From: Octopus sinensis
Lineage: Eukaryota
Direction of reading: 5' to 3'
Assembly (NCBI RefSeq): GCF_006345805.1
Contig: NC_043006.1
Span: 80,786,001 to 80,850,000 of the forward strand
DNA: 64,000 bases
In this document: positions 42,031-54,941 of the stretch, in pieces
How positions within the stretch are numbered: position 1 is the stretch's first letter
Layout: the number at the start of each line of letters is the position of its first letter
Position numbers and translations under genes: made by a program
Notes under the pieces: generated by a model
The model's input: only the letters and a program-made list of their open reading frames with translations
What the model was told of the DNA's origin: nothing
Databases searched by the model: none

Positions 42031-42617
42031 TACATATATATTGGAGTTTGAGTGATTGTGTACAGTTGAATTTATAAGTCAATGAAATTCCAAAAGATTT
42101 TTATTCTTGCAAGGTTTACAACTTAACTTTATTACATATTATAATAAACAAGTCTTATGGTTTTTAGCAATCTTCAGGTTTATGTAGTTGCGGTATCAAC
42201 TATCTGTTGTGTTTCACAATTAAGAACTGTAGCGAAATGACTGAATTTATCCTTTAAATACTTTCCAATCTGCTCCAAAAGGCTGGCTCTTACGAAGATT
42301 TGTTTTAAACAATTAGCTTGCTGTTTAGACATCACGGTTTGATGAGCGCGTCAGTGAAGTTGACATTGTTAACCTTTATACTTGCAAACATTTCAACCAG
42401 TCATCGTGCATCTTGGACATTATCGTTTGATGAGTATGCTAACAGTGCTGATATTGATAGTATTTGCTTATAGAAACATTTTAAAGAATCAGAGTAAAGA
42501 AATTCGGCAAAAATTGTGGAACACCTTATAATATGAAAAGCGTTCTGGCCCTAAATATTTTAAAAATATTAACATTGCTGCAGTTTTTTAATCGTAAAAT
42601 TACATTTAAACTGACTA

Positions 42618-42657
<40 letters not shown>

Positions 42658-42699
42658 AAACCCTTATTGTGAGGCGTGGTTATTGGTAGTTGAAAATCA

Positions 42700-43095
42700 T
42701 TATTATTATTATTGTTACCTTTGCACAGCTTCCCATACTGGGGATGTACTACGGTGTCAGCTGCTTACTACCAGTATTTTTCGAGCACCTTCCGGAGTAT
42801 TCGACCGGTTCCAAGTAGTGCTGTTTTCTGCAAGTGCTTCGACCTTATTTCACCTCCTATTTGCTCCACGTACTTCTCGAGATTTTTGCTCACTGTTTCC
42901 TGGGCTCAGACAATTATTAGTACTACTACTAACTTTTTCATCGACTACAACTGCTTAACTTCCCAAGCTAACATGTCATATCTCTCGACTTTGTCATATC
43001 CTTCGACAAAGACAGGATTGCTGTCGAAATATCATTCAATCAATAAAATATCTATTGCAATCGCATCGCGCTCCTCGTCTTGTCTGTTTACCGTT
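42700..43095 (-). mobile_element. 3' end of R4/Dong-like LINE (same family as 61370-63410)
   Basis: Reverse complement of GCAGAAAACAGCACT.CTTGGAACC..TCGAATACTCCGGAAGGTGCTCGAAAAAT at 63260-63320. Confidence 0.8.
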
Positions 43096-43112
43096 TACGT
43101 CAATCTTTAAAA

Positions 43113-43141
43113 ATCTTCTTCTTCTTCTTCTTCTTCTTCTT

Positions 43142-43229
<88 letters not shown>

Positions 43230-43310
43230 GTAGTAGTAGTAGTAGTATTATTATTATTATATTATTATTATTATTATTATTATTATTATCATCTATTTAG
43301 TATGGGTGAG
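43113..43310. repeat. Compound trinucleotide microsatellite (CTT)n(ATT)n(TAG)n
   Basis: Directly visible. Confidence 0.95.
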
Positions 43311-43329
43311 AACTCAATGAAATTCATTA

Positions 43330-44020
43330 CCTTTGTTATTATCATGATTGCATATCTAGTTGTACAGTTTGTAAAATGGGGATATCATAAACATTCTGTG
43401 ACCACATGTTTCTAAATTGTTGCTTAATGGGATCAGTATATTTCTCTTCACAACGGGAGCATAGAATGTAGAATAGATTTCTGCTTCTACAGTTCATATT
43501 TGTATTCAGAAATGTTCTTTCGCTTTTTGTGTAAAAGATACAGACCAGGATGTATGAACTGACGTGGACTACAGTAATTGTCATCGCATTTGGATATATG
43601 AATGTTTTCTTATTGTTGTTTATGTCAAACAATGCCTTTGTCAACATTTTTCAAGTTCTCTGGTAGCCCTCCACTTTGACCGAGTATTCAATTTGTAATT
43701 ACATTCTTTTGTACGTTGTTTCGACCAGCGATAGGCAAGTCTGATTTGGCGGAGTTAATTATATTTTTGAGTGAATGGATTGTCTGTTACTATAAATGAT
43801 ATGATTTGGTTCCCATTGCCATGCCTTCAACGTGAAGATACTTCTTCTTATTAAAACATGTATTATTTTCAAGGATAATATTGACCGTTATAGAGGCCAA
43901 GTTGAATTTACTGGTAGTTATTTCTCTAAGTGTTTTTACCCAATTTTTTATTGTCTCTGTACCTAAATCTTGTGGAGTATTTGTGTAGAGGCTGGCTACA
44001 TAAAAAGTAACCAAGAAAAA
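43330..44020 (-). pseudogene. Penelope-like element relic (RT + GIY-YIG endonuclease)
   Basis: ORF 43790-44014 has VTFYVASLYTNTPQDLG...ILENN...GMAMGTK (PLE RT motifs); ORF 43342-43647 has MNCRSRNLFYILCSRCEEKY (GIY-YIG with Cys motif). Confidence 0.8.
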
Positions 44021-45824
44021 AATTGGTTTTATTTTTTGGTGGGTGGGGTGGGGTAAGACAAGGACAAGAAATCAATGTCATACGGAATGGGACTTAGTAT
44101 GAGGACGTTTAGTGACATCAAAATGATGTCATCAAATTTACTTAGGCAATGGCTAGGTCAAATAGGGCTACTGTAAATAATACTGCTTTCGATGTTGGCG
44201 AAGTTTTTCTGGTCGCGGACTCTCCACATAAAAAGGGACAAGGAAATGGGTTTTACTCTATCCCTGCACCTGAGAGAGTGCATATGCTGTGTTTACCTCC
44301 CCTTGAAGTCATTGGCTGTATTGCCCATGAAGTGACTTCTGATGCTGTTGGATGATGTGATGGTTGATCTATAAACCACAGCCCTTGAGAGGCAGAATCT
44401 ACTAGAGGGAATTTGCTAATATTTCGAAAGGTACAGGTTGGAATATGGATTGTATGTGAATGTTTGCATCAGTTTTACTGTACGATGTAAGAAACGAGTA
44501 TTGTCTAAGCAGGGGTAACTGACCTTCATATTATATTGTGGGGTTCAGAAGCTCAGAATATTTATGGGTTCTGAGGAGGTATTTTTTAATTCACGTCAGT
44601 AGGTTCCTAATTATGCCAATATTCAGATAATCAAAATGAAAGGAAGGCATCTCATTCCATGCATGATTAAAGATATGAAATCAATAAGATCACTGTTAAT
44701 TGGGTGCCAAATAGGATAAGAATTACATGTAATATATAAAAATGTAATATTAATTTATATTAATCGTAGGTATTTCAGGTAATTCACAAATCTGTATCTA
44801 CGATCCCCAGCAAAACTCTTCTACAATATTATAGAAAGTAATGCGGTGGGAAAGTTGTAAACACTTAATGGAATATGTAATGAAAAAAGTACCATTACTA
44901 TTCAAAATAGATTCAGAAGAAACGAGAGATGTAGAAAGAGAAAGAATACGAAAACCAAACTTAAAATAAATGTTATAAATTATACGTTGAAAAAAATCTT
45001 ATGGCAGTTCTTTCTTTAGAACATTATAAAGAAGATATTTTATTGCATATGTATGAGTTGAATAGATATCATTTCCAATATTCCAGCTATTCTTGTTCTC
45101 TGATATTAAAAACTTATTCTTTGCTTCTAAGAAAACGCAAAAGCGAAACTAGAGCGAAATATAGGAAAGATACTAAATAGTTTCCCCTTATCGTCTATGT
45201 ACAAATGGGAAAACTAGAAAAAGAATTCCTCTTGTTGACTAACGAACGTCTTTGTGAGTAATACTATGTTTTAAAAACAACGCATTGTCACAATAATGTT
45301 AGGTTTTGGTTGTGATACACAATTCATTCCTGATTTTGCATTATAAAGCAAAGGAGTAAGGTAAATTTGAGGAATTGTATTCGATTATCATATTACTATT
45401 TTTGAGAGACATTTTCCATTAATGTAATTGACAGGGTTAAAAAATCTTTTGCAAATAGTATAAAGAATATTTCATAAAATTTCTATCAAAATATTATATC
45501 ATAAGTATGACTTCCGGCAAATTAAAATGTAACTACGAACTTTCAAGAAAGAAATTGAATTATATCAGCCACAGTATTCCCATCTATAATACTACTCTTC
45601 AGAGTTAATGATCTGCGTGTATACTCTATCTTATCTAAAAATCCACTTCAGTAAACTGTTTCGTTAAAGATTTTCAAAGATTTGTAAAAGCAACAATATA
45701 TTCTGTTTTCGTCCCAGTTTGCAACAAATCTTTATATTAGAGTGTATGTATGTACGAGTGTACACGCACAAACACACACATAAGACACACATGCAAGTAC
45801 ACACACACACACACACACACACAC

Positions 45825-45883
<59 letters not shown>

Positions 45884-46831
45884 GATAAATATGTAAGCTA
45901 TATATATAATACATTAAAAGTGAAATTTAATAATACATTAAAAATGAAGCTCAATCTTGTTTGCTTGCAATATTACTCAGCTAAACTGACGCATAGTGGG
46001 AAACTACTTTGGGAGTTAAGCGCCCCTGAAATTTGAATACAAACGGATTAAAACATGTTGCGCACAAATCGAACCAGTGGTAATTCACATATTCGGCGTT
46101 TTGGGGTATAGATACACGAAACGGTGCATAATGGGAAAATACTTTGAAAACAACTTAACCCTGAAAGGGAAAAAATTTCAACCTTTCCATTAGACACATT
46201 ATGCTGAGCAAAATATTTTAAAGTGAAAATGACTTTAAAAATACCGTATTTCGTAAAAGACCCGTTCGTATCCTTAGAGTGAAATATTGTTTCATAGGTT
46301 TCTTTCGAGTGCATTTGGCGTATCTCACCTCCAAAGATTTGGCTGCTATTTTTAGCACTCCGTGCTAAAACGTAACAGCTATTTGCGATAAAGGACCCGA
46401 AATACCTGTTACCTTGTAGCAGGGCATGCAAAAAATAGCAGCCAAATATTTCCTTTTCCGGGGAAATGAGCCATTTACGCGTGATTTCGATGTTACATTC
46501 GTTGAAAGCATTGCTAGTAGGATCCGTGTAAATTCCTCGGAATGGAAATAATTTGGAGAACTTTAAAAAAAATTATGATTTGCATTTCTTTAGCGTTCAT
46601 TTCTTTGAATATTCTTGACCTTCGCTGCGTTCATTTCGTCACGTCTCCTTCAGTGCCGTCTTATTCCTCTTCTCGCTGTTCCTCTCAGATCTGTGATCAG
46701 TATCTGCGCATCCTTTCTCGAGCAGCTTGTGATCGTGTTTCTTATGAATCCAGAGTTTATTAATTAACCCTTATAAACAACTATCAATTTTTTAAGCGAG
46801 CAGACGATAATTATTGCCTCATTCTTCTTAA

Positions 46832-47490
46832 CCCCTTACCCGGCAGAAACGAATATATGCGTTTTGACCGAAATCGTTTTTTTCTATCTCTGGCGAGTTA
46901 ACTCGTCAAAAGATAGACTCGCCAAAATCGACAGCAAACGAGTTCCTTCGTCTATTATAAACTCTTTTTTGACATATACGAGTACATTCGCTCACTTTAT
47001 ACGTCTGGCAGTGACGATTTCTGCCACCTTTCGCTTGAGTAAGGCTTTGAAGACCGAGTATGATTTAGTCACCTGGAGACAGTCGAATGGTTGGAAGGTA
47101 CATTTTATGAATAGAAGTATTAACTTTGTTTTTACGTTGTTTTTTTTATACCTTTATATTATAACCCCACCATGTCGAGCTCTGATGATGATAGCGATTA
47201 TGAAGCTTCTCTTGGAGGGTTGGATACATCTGATGAGAGTGAAAGTTCGTCAGATAACCAAATAAAATAACATGATTTTTTGTAAAAGTAATATGATTTA
47301 TGAAAAAAACGGGTTAACTCGTTTCTGCCCAAAGCGGTAATTTAAAATCAATATTATTGAATTAAAATTCATAATAAATAAGGTTTGAAATATACCTCGA
47401 AATCACCACTCAAAACATAGTAAAATAAAACAATTAAAAAATATGTCTGAAAAAATACATTCATTTTCAAAATAATTGTTGGGTAAGGGG
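46832..47490 (+). mobile_element. Non-autonomous piggyBac-type element (659 bp)
   Basis: TTAA-CCCCTTACCC...GGGTAAGGGG-TTAA (TSD plus TIR); internal acidic SDDDSDYE..SDESESSSD remnant. Confidence 0.8.
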
Positions 47491-47939
47491 TTAATAATAT
47501 ATATACATATGTATGTATTGCAAGTGTATATATATACTATATATATACAATACGTTACATATATATATATACATATATATATATAACATATTTATATATT
47601 ATATTATATATTATATATATATATATATATATTAATTCTCTTTTACTCTTTTACTTGCTTCAGTCAGTTGACTGTCGCCATGCTGGAGCACCGCCTTTAG
47701 TCGATCAAATCGACCCCAGGACTCATTCTTTGTAAGGCTAGTACTTATTCTTTCATCTCTTTTGCCAAACAGCTAAGTTACGGGCACGTAAACACACCAG
47801 CATCTTTTGTCAAGCGATGTTGGGGGGGAAAAACATAGACACACACGCATACACACACACACATACGCACGCACACACGCACATCACACAACACCGCACC
47901 ACACACACAACACACACACACACCACACACACACACACA

Positions 47940-47980
<41 letters not shown>

Positions 47981-48069
47981 ATAATAAATATTAGGGAATA
48001 AATCCAAATTTACAGGGAAAAAAATCAGATTTAGGATTAAATCCAATTTTATAGTAAAATATTATAAAT

Positions 48070-48375
48070 ATTTAGAGACAAAACCACTATTTTGCAAAAC
48101 AAACAAGGAAAGAACTTAATCAATACATAAAATTTAATAAATAGTCAAAAAAACCGCCACTACAATCGTTTCTTGTCTTGATCGACAATCTTCAGGTGGA
48201 CTTCCAATAAGTCAGTTTCAAATTATGAAACTGACTTATTGGAAGTCCACCTGAAATTGTCGATCAAGACAAGAAACGATTGTAGTGGCGCTTTTTTTGA
48301 CTATTTATTAAAATTTTATGTATTGATTAGTCTTTCCTTGTTTGTTTTGCAAAATAGTGTGTTTGTCTCTATAAT
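48070..48375. repeat. ~300-bp palindrome of inverted Penelope-type terminal repeats
   Basis: Arms ~48070-48220 and 48226-~48375 are reverse complements around a 5-nt loop AATTA, differing by a few indels. Confidence 0.9.
48157..48199 (-). ncRNA. Minimal type I hammerhead ribozyme
   Basis: CCAC - CUGAAGA - UUGUC GAUCAA GACAA - GAAA C GAUU G UA - GUGG, with all stems paired. The mirror copy at 48247-48288 (+) lacks the core G (CTGAAA). Confidence 0.8.
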
Positions 48376-48797
48376 ATTATATATATATATATATAATATA
48401 TATATACTACTAATATAGGATGATTTTTTTTACAGAAAAAATTTCATCCAAAAAATACGAATAGAAATAAATGAAATACTTACATGCGCCCATGACTTTT
48501 GCTTCGGCTTTTTTTTCCATGGGCGCATGGAAGTATTTCTTTTATTTCTGTTCGTATTTTCTACTGACGAGGAAAAAATCTATTATGAGATTAATTCCGA
48601 AATTGATTCAACATAGAAATAACGAAATTTTCAAAAACTTCTGTTGCCTGGCTTTCCTCGATTTCAGCACAACGTATTTCTGTAGTGGGTATATAATAAT
48701 ATGTGGAAATTGACGATTTAAAAGTCTGCTATCAACATATTGGCATAGGAATAATTTGCTTTTGCCCTTGTTTATAATTTTAACCTTTATATTATAG

Positions 48798-48830
<33 letters not shown>

Positions 48831-49781
48831 GACAGGCTTCTTTCAATTTCCGTCTATCAAATCCACTCACATGGCTTTGGTCGGCCCGAGGCTATAGTAG
48901 AAGACACTTGACCAAGGTGCCACGCAGTGAGACTGAACCCGGAACCATCTGGTTCGTAAGCAAGTCACTTACCACACAGCCAAAATTTAGAAATTAGGAA
49001 TTGGGGTGGATTAAATCCAGTCTGCATGTTTCATAGCTAGAGGACCTTAGAATTAGTAAATAATCCTAACAAGAGGTTGGCTGCAAGCTACACTTCAGGT
49101 CAAGAATAACTTAATTATATGAATCTAACACTGTCGTTGGGAGATCCCGTGTTTGATTGTTGGGGATATATAAATATAAACACCACACACACACACACAC
49201 ACCACACACACATACACTCATAATGTATGTTTAGAGGTGGCGGCTTTCTCAAATGTAGAGTACCGTACTTCAGTCTTAGAAGAAATGCTGAATAGAAGAA
49301 ATTTAATGATGTAATGCTTAATTACGATGTGTTTACTTCAGTATCTACTACCTACATTACAATGTTCCGAAAACTTAAATCACAAGCTCTCACACTCACG
49401 AGCAAACAAATGCATACACACGCACACACACATATATATATATGTGTATGTATGCATATCTATACAGAATCGTACATATATACATACCTATATATATATA
49501 TAATATAATATATGTATGTATGTGCGTGTGTGTGTGTGGTGTTTTGTGTGTGTGTGGTGTGTGTATGTGTGTGTAGTATGTAAATATATATATATATATC
49601 TAAGCAATAAAGGGTTAGCAACGAATTGCCTTACCACATACCGAATTTAGAAATAGCAGTCAAAGAGTTAGCTATTTCTTCTACTAAAACGGAGATCTCA
49701 GTAAAAACAGCAATTGGAAGGCAGACACAAACAGGTAAGAGAGAATGAATTGACGGCAATCTATCATACATTTTTAAGTTA

Positions 49782-49887
49782 TCTACGACGTACGTTTCGA
49801 AATCAAGTTTTTAGGAAAGCATAAGAATTAAATATTAAATATTAAATAATTCTATCTTACCGAAACTTCTTTTCTCTTCAGCGTAGA
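49782..49887 (-). ncRNA. Type I hammerhead ribozyme, family B (inverted copy)
   Basis: Minus strand: UCUACG - CUGAAGA - GAAA...UUUC (76-nt stem II domain) - GAAA - C GUAC G - UC - GUAGA. The core is intact; this copy has one C fewer after GUC than the three plus-strand copies (GUC CGUAGA). Confidence 0.75.
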
Positions 49888-50204
49888 ATACTATAATCAT
49901 AAATGATTATATATTGAATTTTGAGATACTAGAGGGCACCAACTCAACTCAGTATCAGAGCGAGCTAGAATCCGCAACTAGTATCACCAAACTCAATGTG
50001 TGAATGAAACGATTGTGTCACCACAATTCTTATGCTTTCCTAAAAACTTGATTTCGAAACGTACGTCCGTAGATAACTTAAAAATGTATGATAGATTGCG
50101 GTCAATTCATTCTCTCTTACCTGTTTGTGTCTGCCTTCCATTGCTGTTTTTACTGAGATCTCCCTTTTTAGTAGAAGAAATAGCTATAACTCTTTGACTG
50201 CTAT

Positions 50205-50304
50205 NNNNNNNNNNNNNNNNNNNNNNNNNNNNNNNNNNNNNNNNNNNNNNNNNNNNNNNNNNNNNNNNNNNNNNNNNNNNNNNNNNNNNNNNNNNNNNNN
50301 NNNN
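50205..50304. other. Assembly gap (100 N) inside the family B array
   Basis: Run of N with the same repeat unit on both sides. Confidence 0.98.
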
Positions 50305-50836
50305 ATGCTTTCCTAAAACTTGATTCGAAACGTACGTCCGTAGATAACTTAAAAATGTATGATAGATTGCCGTCAATTCATTCTCTCTTACCTGTTTGTG
50401 TCTGCCTCCCAATTGCTGTTTTTACTGAGATCTCCCTTTTTAGTAGAAGAAATAGCTATAACTCTTGACTGCTATTTCTAAATTCGGTATGTGGTAAGGC
50501 AATTCGTTGCTAAACCCTTTATTGCTTGTATTACTTAAATTTTTCCTCGAATGAGGCTTTTACATGCCGAAGACTACTTGGTGTAATTGATAATTATTCC
50601 GAATTAATTATTTCACCCTTCATTATTACGGATAACCATATTTTATCTCAGTAGATGACCACAGCATCTTGTTTGGGCTACACGCGGGTGGGAGGGGCTG
50701 GTGACACAATCGTTTCATTCATTCACACATTGAGTTTGGTGATACTAGTTTGGATTCTAGCTCGCTCTGATACTGAGTTGAGTTGGTGCCTTCTAGTATC
50801 TCAAAATTCAATATATAATCATTTATGATTATGTAT

Positions 50837-50939
50837 TCTACGTTAAGAGAAAAGAAGTTTCGGTAAGATAGAATTATTTAATATTTAATATTAATTCTTA
50901 TGCTTTCCTAAAACTGATTTCGAAACGTACGTCCGTAGA
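50837..50939 (+). ncRNA. Type I hammerhead ribozyme, family B (core damaged in this copy)
   Basis: TCTACG - TTAAGA (instead of CTGAAGA) - GAAAAG...GATTTC - GAAAC GTAC GTC - CGTAGA. The 3' half is perfect; the core difference may be a mutation or an assembly error. Confidence 0.6.
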
Positions 50940-52169
50940 TAACTTAAAAATGTATGATAGATTTGCCTCAATTCATTCTCTCTTACCTGTTTGTGTCTGC
51001 CTTCCAATTGCTGTTTTTACTGAGATCTCCTTTTTTAGTAGAAGAAATAGCTATAACTCTTGACTGCTATTTCTAAATTCGGTATGTGGTAAGGCAATTC
51101 GTTGCTAAACCCTTTATTGCTTAGTATTACTTAAAATTTTCCTCGAATGAGGCTTTTACATGCCGAAGACTACTTGGTGTAAGATGAATTATTCCAAATT
51201 AATTAATTTCACCCTTCATTATTACGGATAACTATATATATATATATATATATATTCTAAACCGATATGGATCCCAACCTGTCAGATATGTAAGTACTTT
51301 GAAGAACACTTTCACGGGTACACTCTCCCACACACACACACACACACACTCACACACACACACGCACACACAAACACAAGCACACAAACACACACACACA
51401 CACAAACACAAGTACACAAACACACACACATGATTATATTTACATATACACATACTTATACACGTATTTGAATATAAAAAGAATCCTGTTGACCCGAAAT
51501 GTGATTTCAAATCTATTATCCCGCATTATAATTAACCGATAACTGAATCAATATTTGATTTTGTTCTCATACAAAATGAAGTTTGGAGTGGGTGGTTGAT
51601 TTTAGCTTCTGCAGCTCTATGCAAATACAATTTAAATCAGTCATTATTTTTTGGCCTTCGCCAATTAGACGCCTAATCGTGAATCCATTTATAACAATCG
51701 AAAAAACCCCTTAGTCAAAATCCTTGTTACTCACATTTTATTAAATTCCCATCTTCTCTTTCTAACAATTTCTTTTTCCCCTCATTATTTTATCTGACAT
51801 ACTTGAATCCGCCACCATCATTCATTCACGTTGCATGTTAAATTTTCCCCAAAGCTTTCACGCATTTTTAATCATTTATTCGCAAATTTATTACGCTGTA
51901 ATTTCCTACACAGTCGAAAAAGTAAGCCTGGAAGGTTAAATTGCACTTTATCTCAAAACATATCATAACTAGGATAAAAAAAAGAAAAAAACGTAAGTCC
52001 GCTTCACATGGAGCCAGTGAGGAATTTTATTATGGCTTGATCTGTAAGACATGGTAGCTACATTTTCCTCCCTACTGATTTGCGATCTATCCTTAGGAAA
52101 GCAATGGCTGAAATACAGAACAAGAAAACAGAAACGATGATAACATCAACGACCAAAATAGCTAATAAA

Positions 52170-52271
52170 TCACCACCACTACTACAACAACAACAACAGT
52201 ATAAAAATATTAGCACCACCATAAAAACTACTACTACTACTACTATTACTACCACCACCACCACCACCATC

Positions 52272-52322
<51 letters not shown>

Positions 52323-52360
52323 GCAGCTGCTGCTGCCGCCGCCGCTGCTGCTGCTACTTA
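52170..52360. repeat. Compound trinucleotide microsatellite (CAC/CTA/GCT/GCC)
   Basis: Directly visible. Confidence 0.9.
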
Positions 52361-52778
52361 AACAATTAAATGGCATTGTGTTGTGTCACTTAAGCTTATA
52401 GATGTGCGATTCGGATAACTTACCTTTGTATATTTTACCAGTGCATTTTATGTAAATTATTATGTATATAATAATTATTTTCTTTATATATTTAACTATA
52501 CATATATATTACATCGTTGATCTTATGTTAAACTGTCATATGTCCAAATATGGCCAAATGTGTTTTTTTTTTTTCAATATTTATTTTTGCTTGCAATAGC
52601 CGGTCCTTTTGGTCAAACTATCGTATCTCCAGCTGCATCACATACCAAGACATCAAAAATTGTCAGTGTAGTACAACGCTTTAGCTATGGAATAGTGAAA
52701 CTATTTTTTTCGCTTTGGACTCACGACACTTTTGCATTATAGCAACGATACGTTTTCTTCATATATTACATATTGTAA

Positions 52779-53167
52779 GACGGCGAGCTGACAGAATCGT
52801 TAGAACGTCGGGCGAAATGCTTAGCGGTATTTCGTCTGCCGTTCTGAGTTCAAATTCCGCCTTTGCCTTTCATCATTTCTGGGTCGATTAAATAAGTACC
52901 AGTTACGCACTGGAGTCGATGTAATCGACATAGACCGTTTGTCTGTCCTTGTTTGTCCCCTTTGTGTTTAGCCCCCTTGTGGGTAGTAAAGAAATAGGTA
53001 TTTCGTCTGTGTTTACATTCTGAGTTCAAATTCCTCTGAGGTCGACTTTGCATTTCATTCTTTCGAGGTCGAAAAATTAAGTACCAGTTGCGTACTGGAG
53101 TCTATATAATCGACTAGCCCCTTCCCCAAAATTTTCCGGCCTTGTGCCTAGAGTAGAAAAGAATATA
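52779..53167 (+). mobile_element. SINE family 2, compound copy
   Basis: Head, then the module TTCTGAGTTCAAATTCC...CTTTCATC..GTCGA twice, tail GCCTTGTGCCTAGAGTAGAAAAG. Confidence 0.8.
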
Positions 53168-53436
53168 TTGTCCCACATGCATATTATCTTGGACGTTTCA
53201 TTGATTGAACTGATGTCATGTTGGAGTACCACCTTCAACAATTTTTTACTCGGATGAATCTAGCCCCGTACTTGTTTTTAAAGCTTAGTACTTATTTTAT
53301 TGGTGTTATATGTTGCCGAGCCGTTAAATCCTGTGTACGCGGACAAATCAAAACTGTCGGTATGTGGGCAGCCAGAGACAGAAACACAAACACAACCTCA
53401 CATATGCAAACATAAATACGTGCATGCATATGAACA

Positions 53437-53485
<49 letters not shown>

Positions 53486-54008
53486 AAGCAAGTCAGGATA
53501 ATGGTCTTTAGTATAAAACCTACGCAAATTCTATAAACAAAACATTCAATAGAAATATTTTTATGAATTTAACAGCAACTGCTAGCCTCCACTGACCATT
53601 CAAAATACTACAAACAAGGCACTCCCAAATTCTTCGTCTTCTTCCTCCCCTTCTCCTCCTCCTCGTACTTCTTCCCTATCAAGAATTCACAATGACCTCG
53701 AACCCACAAGAGAGACAAGAGAGACAGAGACAGGCAGAAACAAGGAAAATGCCACTTGTATTTGAACACTATATAAATATTCCTTTAAAAAAACTTTTCT
53801 TCTAAGTTTTCTAAATTTAATTATTTAATTGTTACAGTTGAAAAGGTCTCAATGGCTGAAACCGGTACTGAAATGTTCTTTATAAAATTATTTTAGCATT
53901 TCCTATCCTGACTTGTTTCTTCATATATATCAATTCGTGTGTTTTCCTTTTCATCCTTATACATATATACACACACACACACACAACACACACACACATA
54001 TATATAGA

Positions 54009-54070
<62 letters not shown>

Positions 54071-54078
54071 TAATAGAT

Positions 54079-54171
<93 letters not shown>

Positions 54172-54489
54172 ATATATGTATATAATTAATCAAAAGACAT
54201 ACTAAATATGTCTACCTGTTGGAAATATCAGTCATATTTAATTCGCCAAAATATTTTGGCGATTCAAGTAAGAGTTTTGACTGTTATTTCCAGAAGGTAG
54301 ACATATGTCCTTTGATTAATGTTAATCCTTCAGCTATTTAATGGAGGATTTTAACCCCTCTTTCAAGCTATTTGTCGTACGTGACTTTTTATTATAAATT
54401 TTGCATATTTATATATATATATACGCAAAATTTATATATATATGAAAATATATGTGACAATTATATACACACACACACACACATGGCCC

Positions 54490-54550
54490 GATAACTGAAG
54501 AGATGCCGGCGTGGATTTACGCCCCGACATCTGAAACTCGGAGTTTCATC
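54490..54550 (+). ncRNA. Slightly degenerate hammerhead-like motif
   Basis: GATAA - CTGAAGA - GATG..GGCGT GGATTT ACGCC..CATC - T - GAAA CTC G GAG TT - TCATC. One stem I mismatch and one extra nucleotide before GAAA. Confidence 0.55.
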
Positions 54551-54699
54551 ATGGCTACCGAATAATTGCCACATATTTTATTTACAGATAAATTCCTCTA
54601 TATAAACAATATCGAGGTCTCTTTCATTCTCTTGTTGTCTTGCCAATTTTATCAATATATATAAATATATCTATATCTTTCTTTCTATCTATCTATCTA

Positions 54700-54760
<61 letters not shown>

Positions 54761-54769
54761 CCCTCTCTA

Positions 54770-54811
<42 letters not shown>

Positions 54812-54903
54812 GATATATATATATATATGTATGTATGTATTCTGTGGATTAGGAGTATTTTGGCTTTTATTCTTAACGAAGCATGTACCTATGTAGTACC
54901 CTA

Positions 54904-54941
<38 letters not shown>

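Larger units (their letters stand above)
47641..48982 (-). mobile_element. SINE family 1 with ~1 kb of inserted DNA in its microsatellite linker (3' half 47641-47830, head 48828-48982)
   Basis: Both halves are in the same orientation and correct order, separated by (CA)n/(TA)n, the HHR palindrome and other DNA. Confidence 0.7.
49601..51232. mobile_element. Array of ~595-bp units with one inverted copy, candidate retrozyme family B
   Basis: CGAAACGTACGTCCGTAG at 50055, 50326 and 50921 (period 595 across the gap-free part). 49601-50023 is a reverse-complement partial copy. A 100-N gap lies inside and both flanks are (TA)n. Confidence 0.75.

Noticed and set aside
47222-47252. CTGATGA-GAGT-GAAA-GTTC-GTC resembling a hammerhead core
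   Set aside because: No stem II, mismatched stem III and no stem I; better explained as the acidic SDESESSSD remnant of the piggyBac element.
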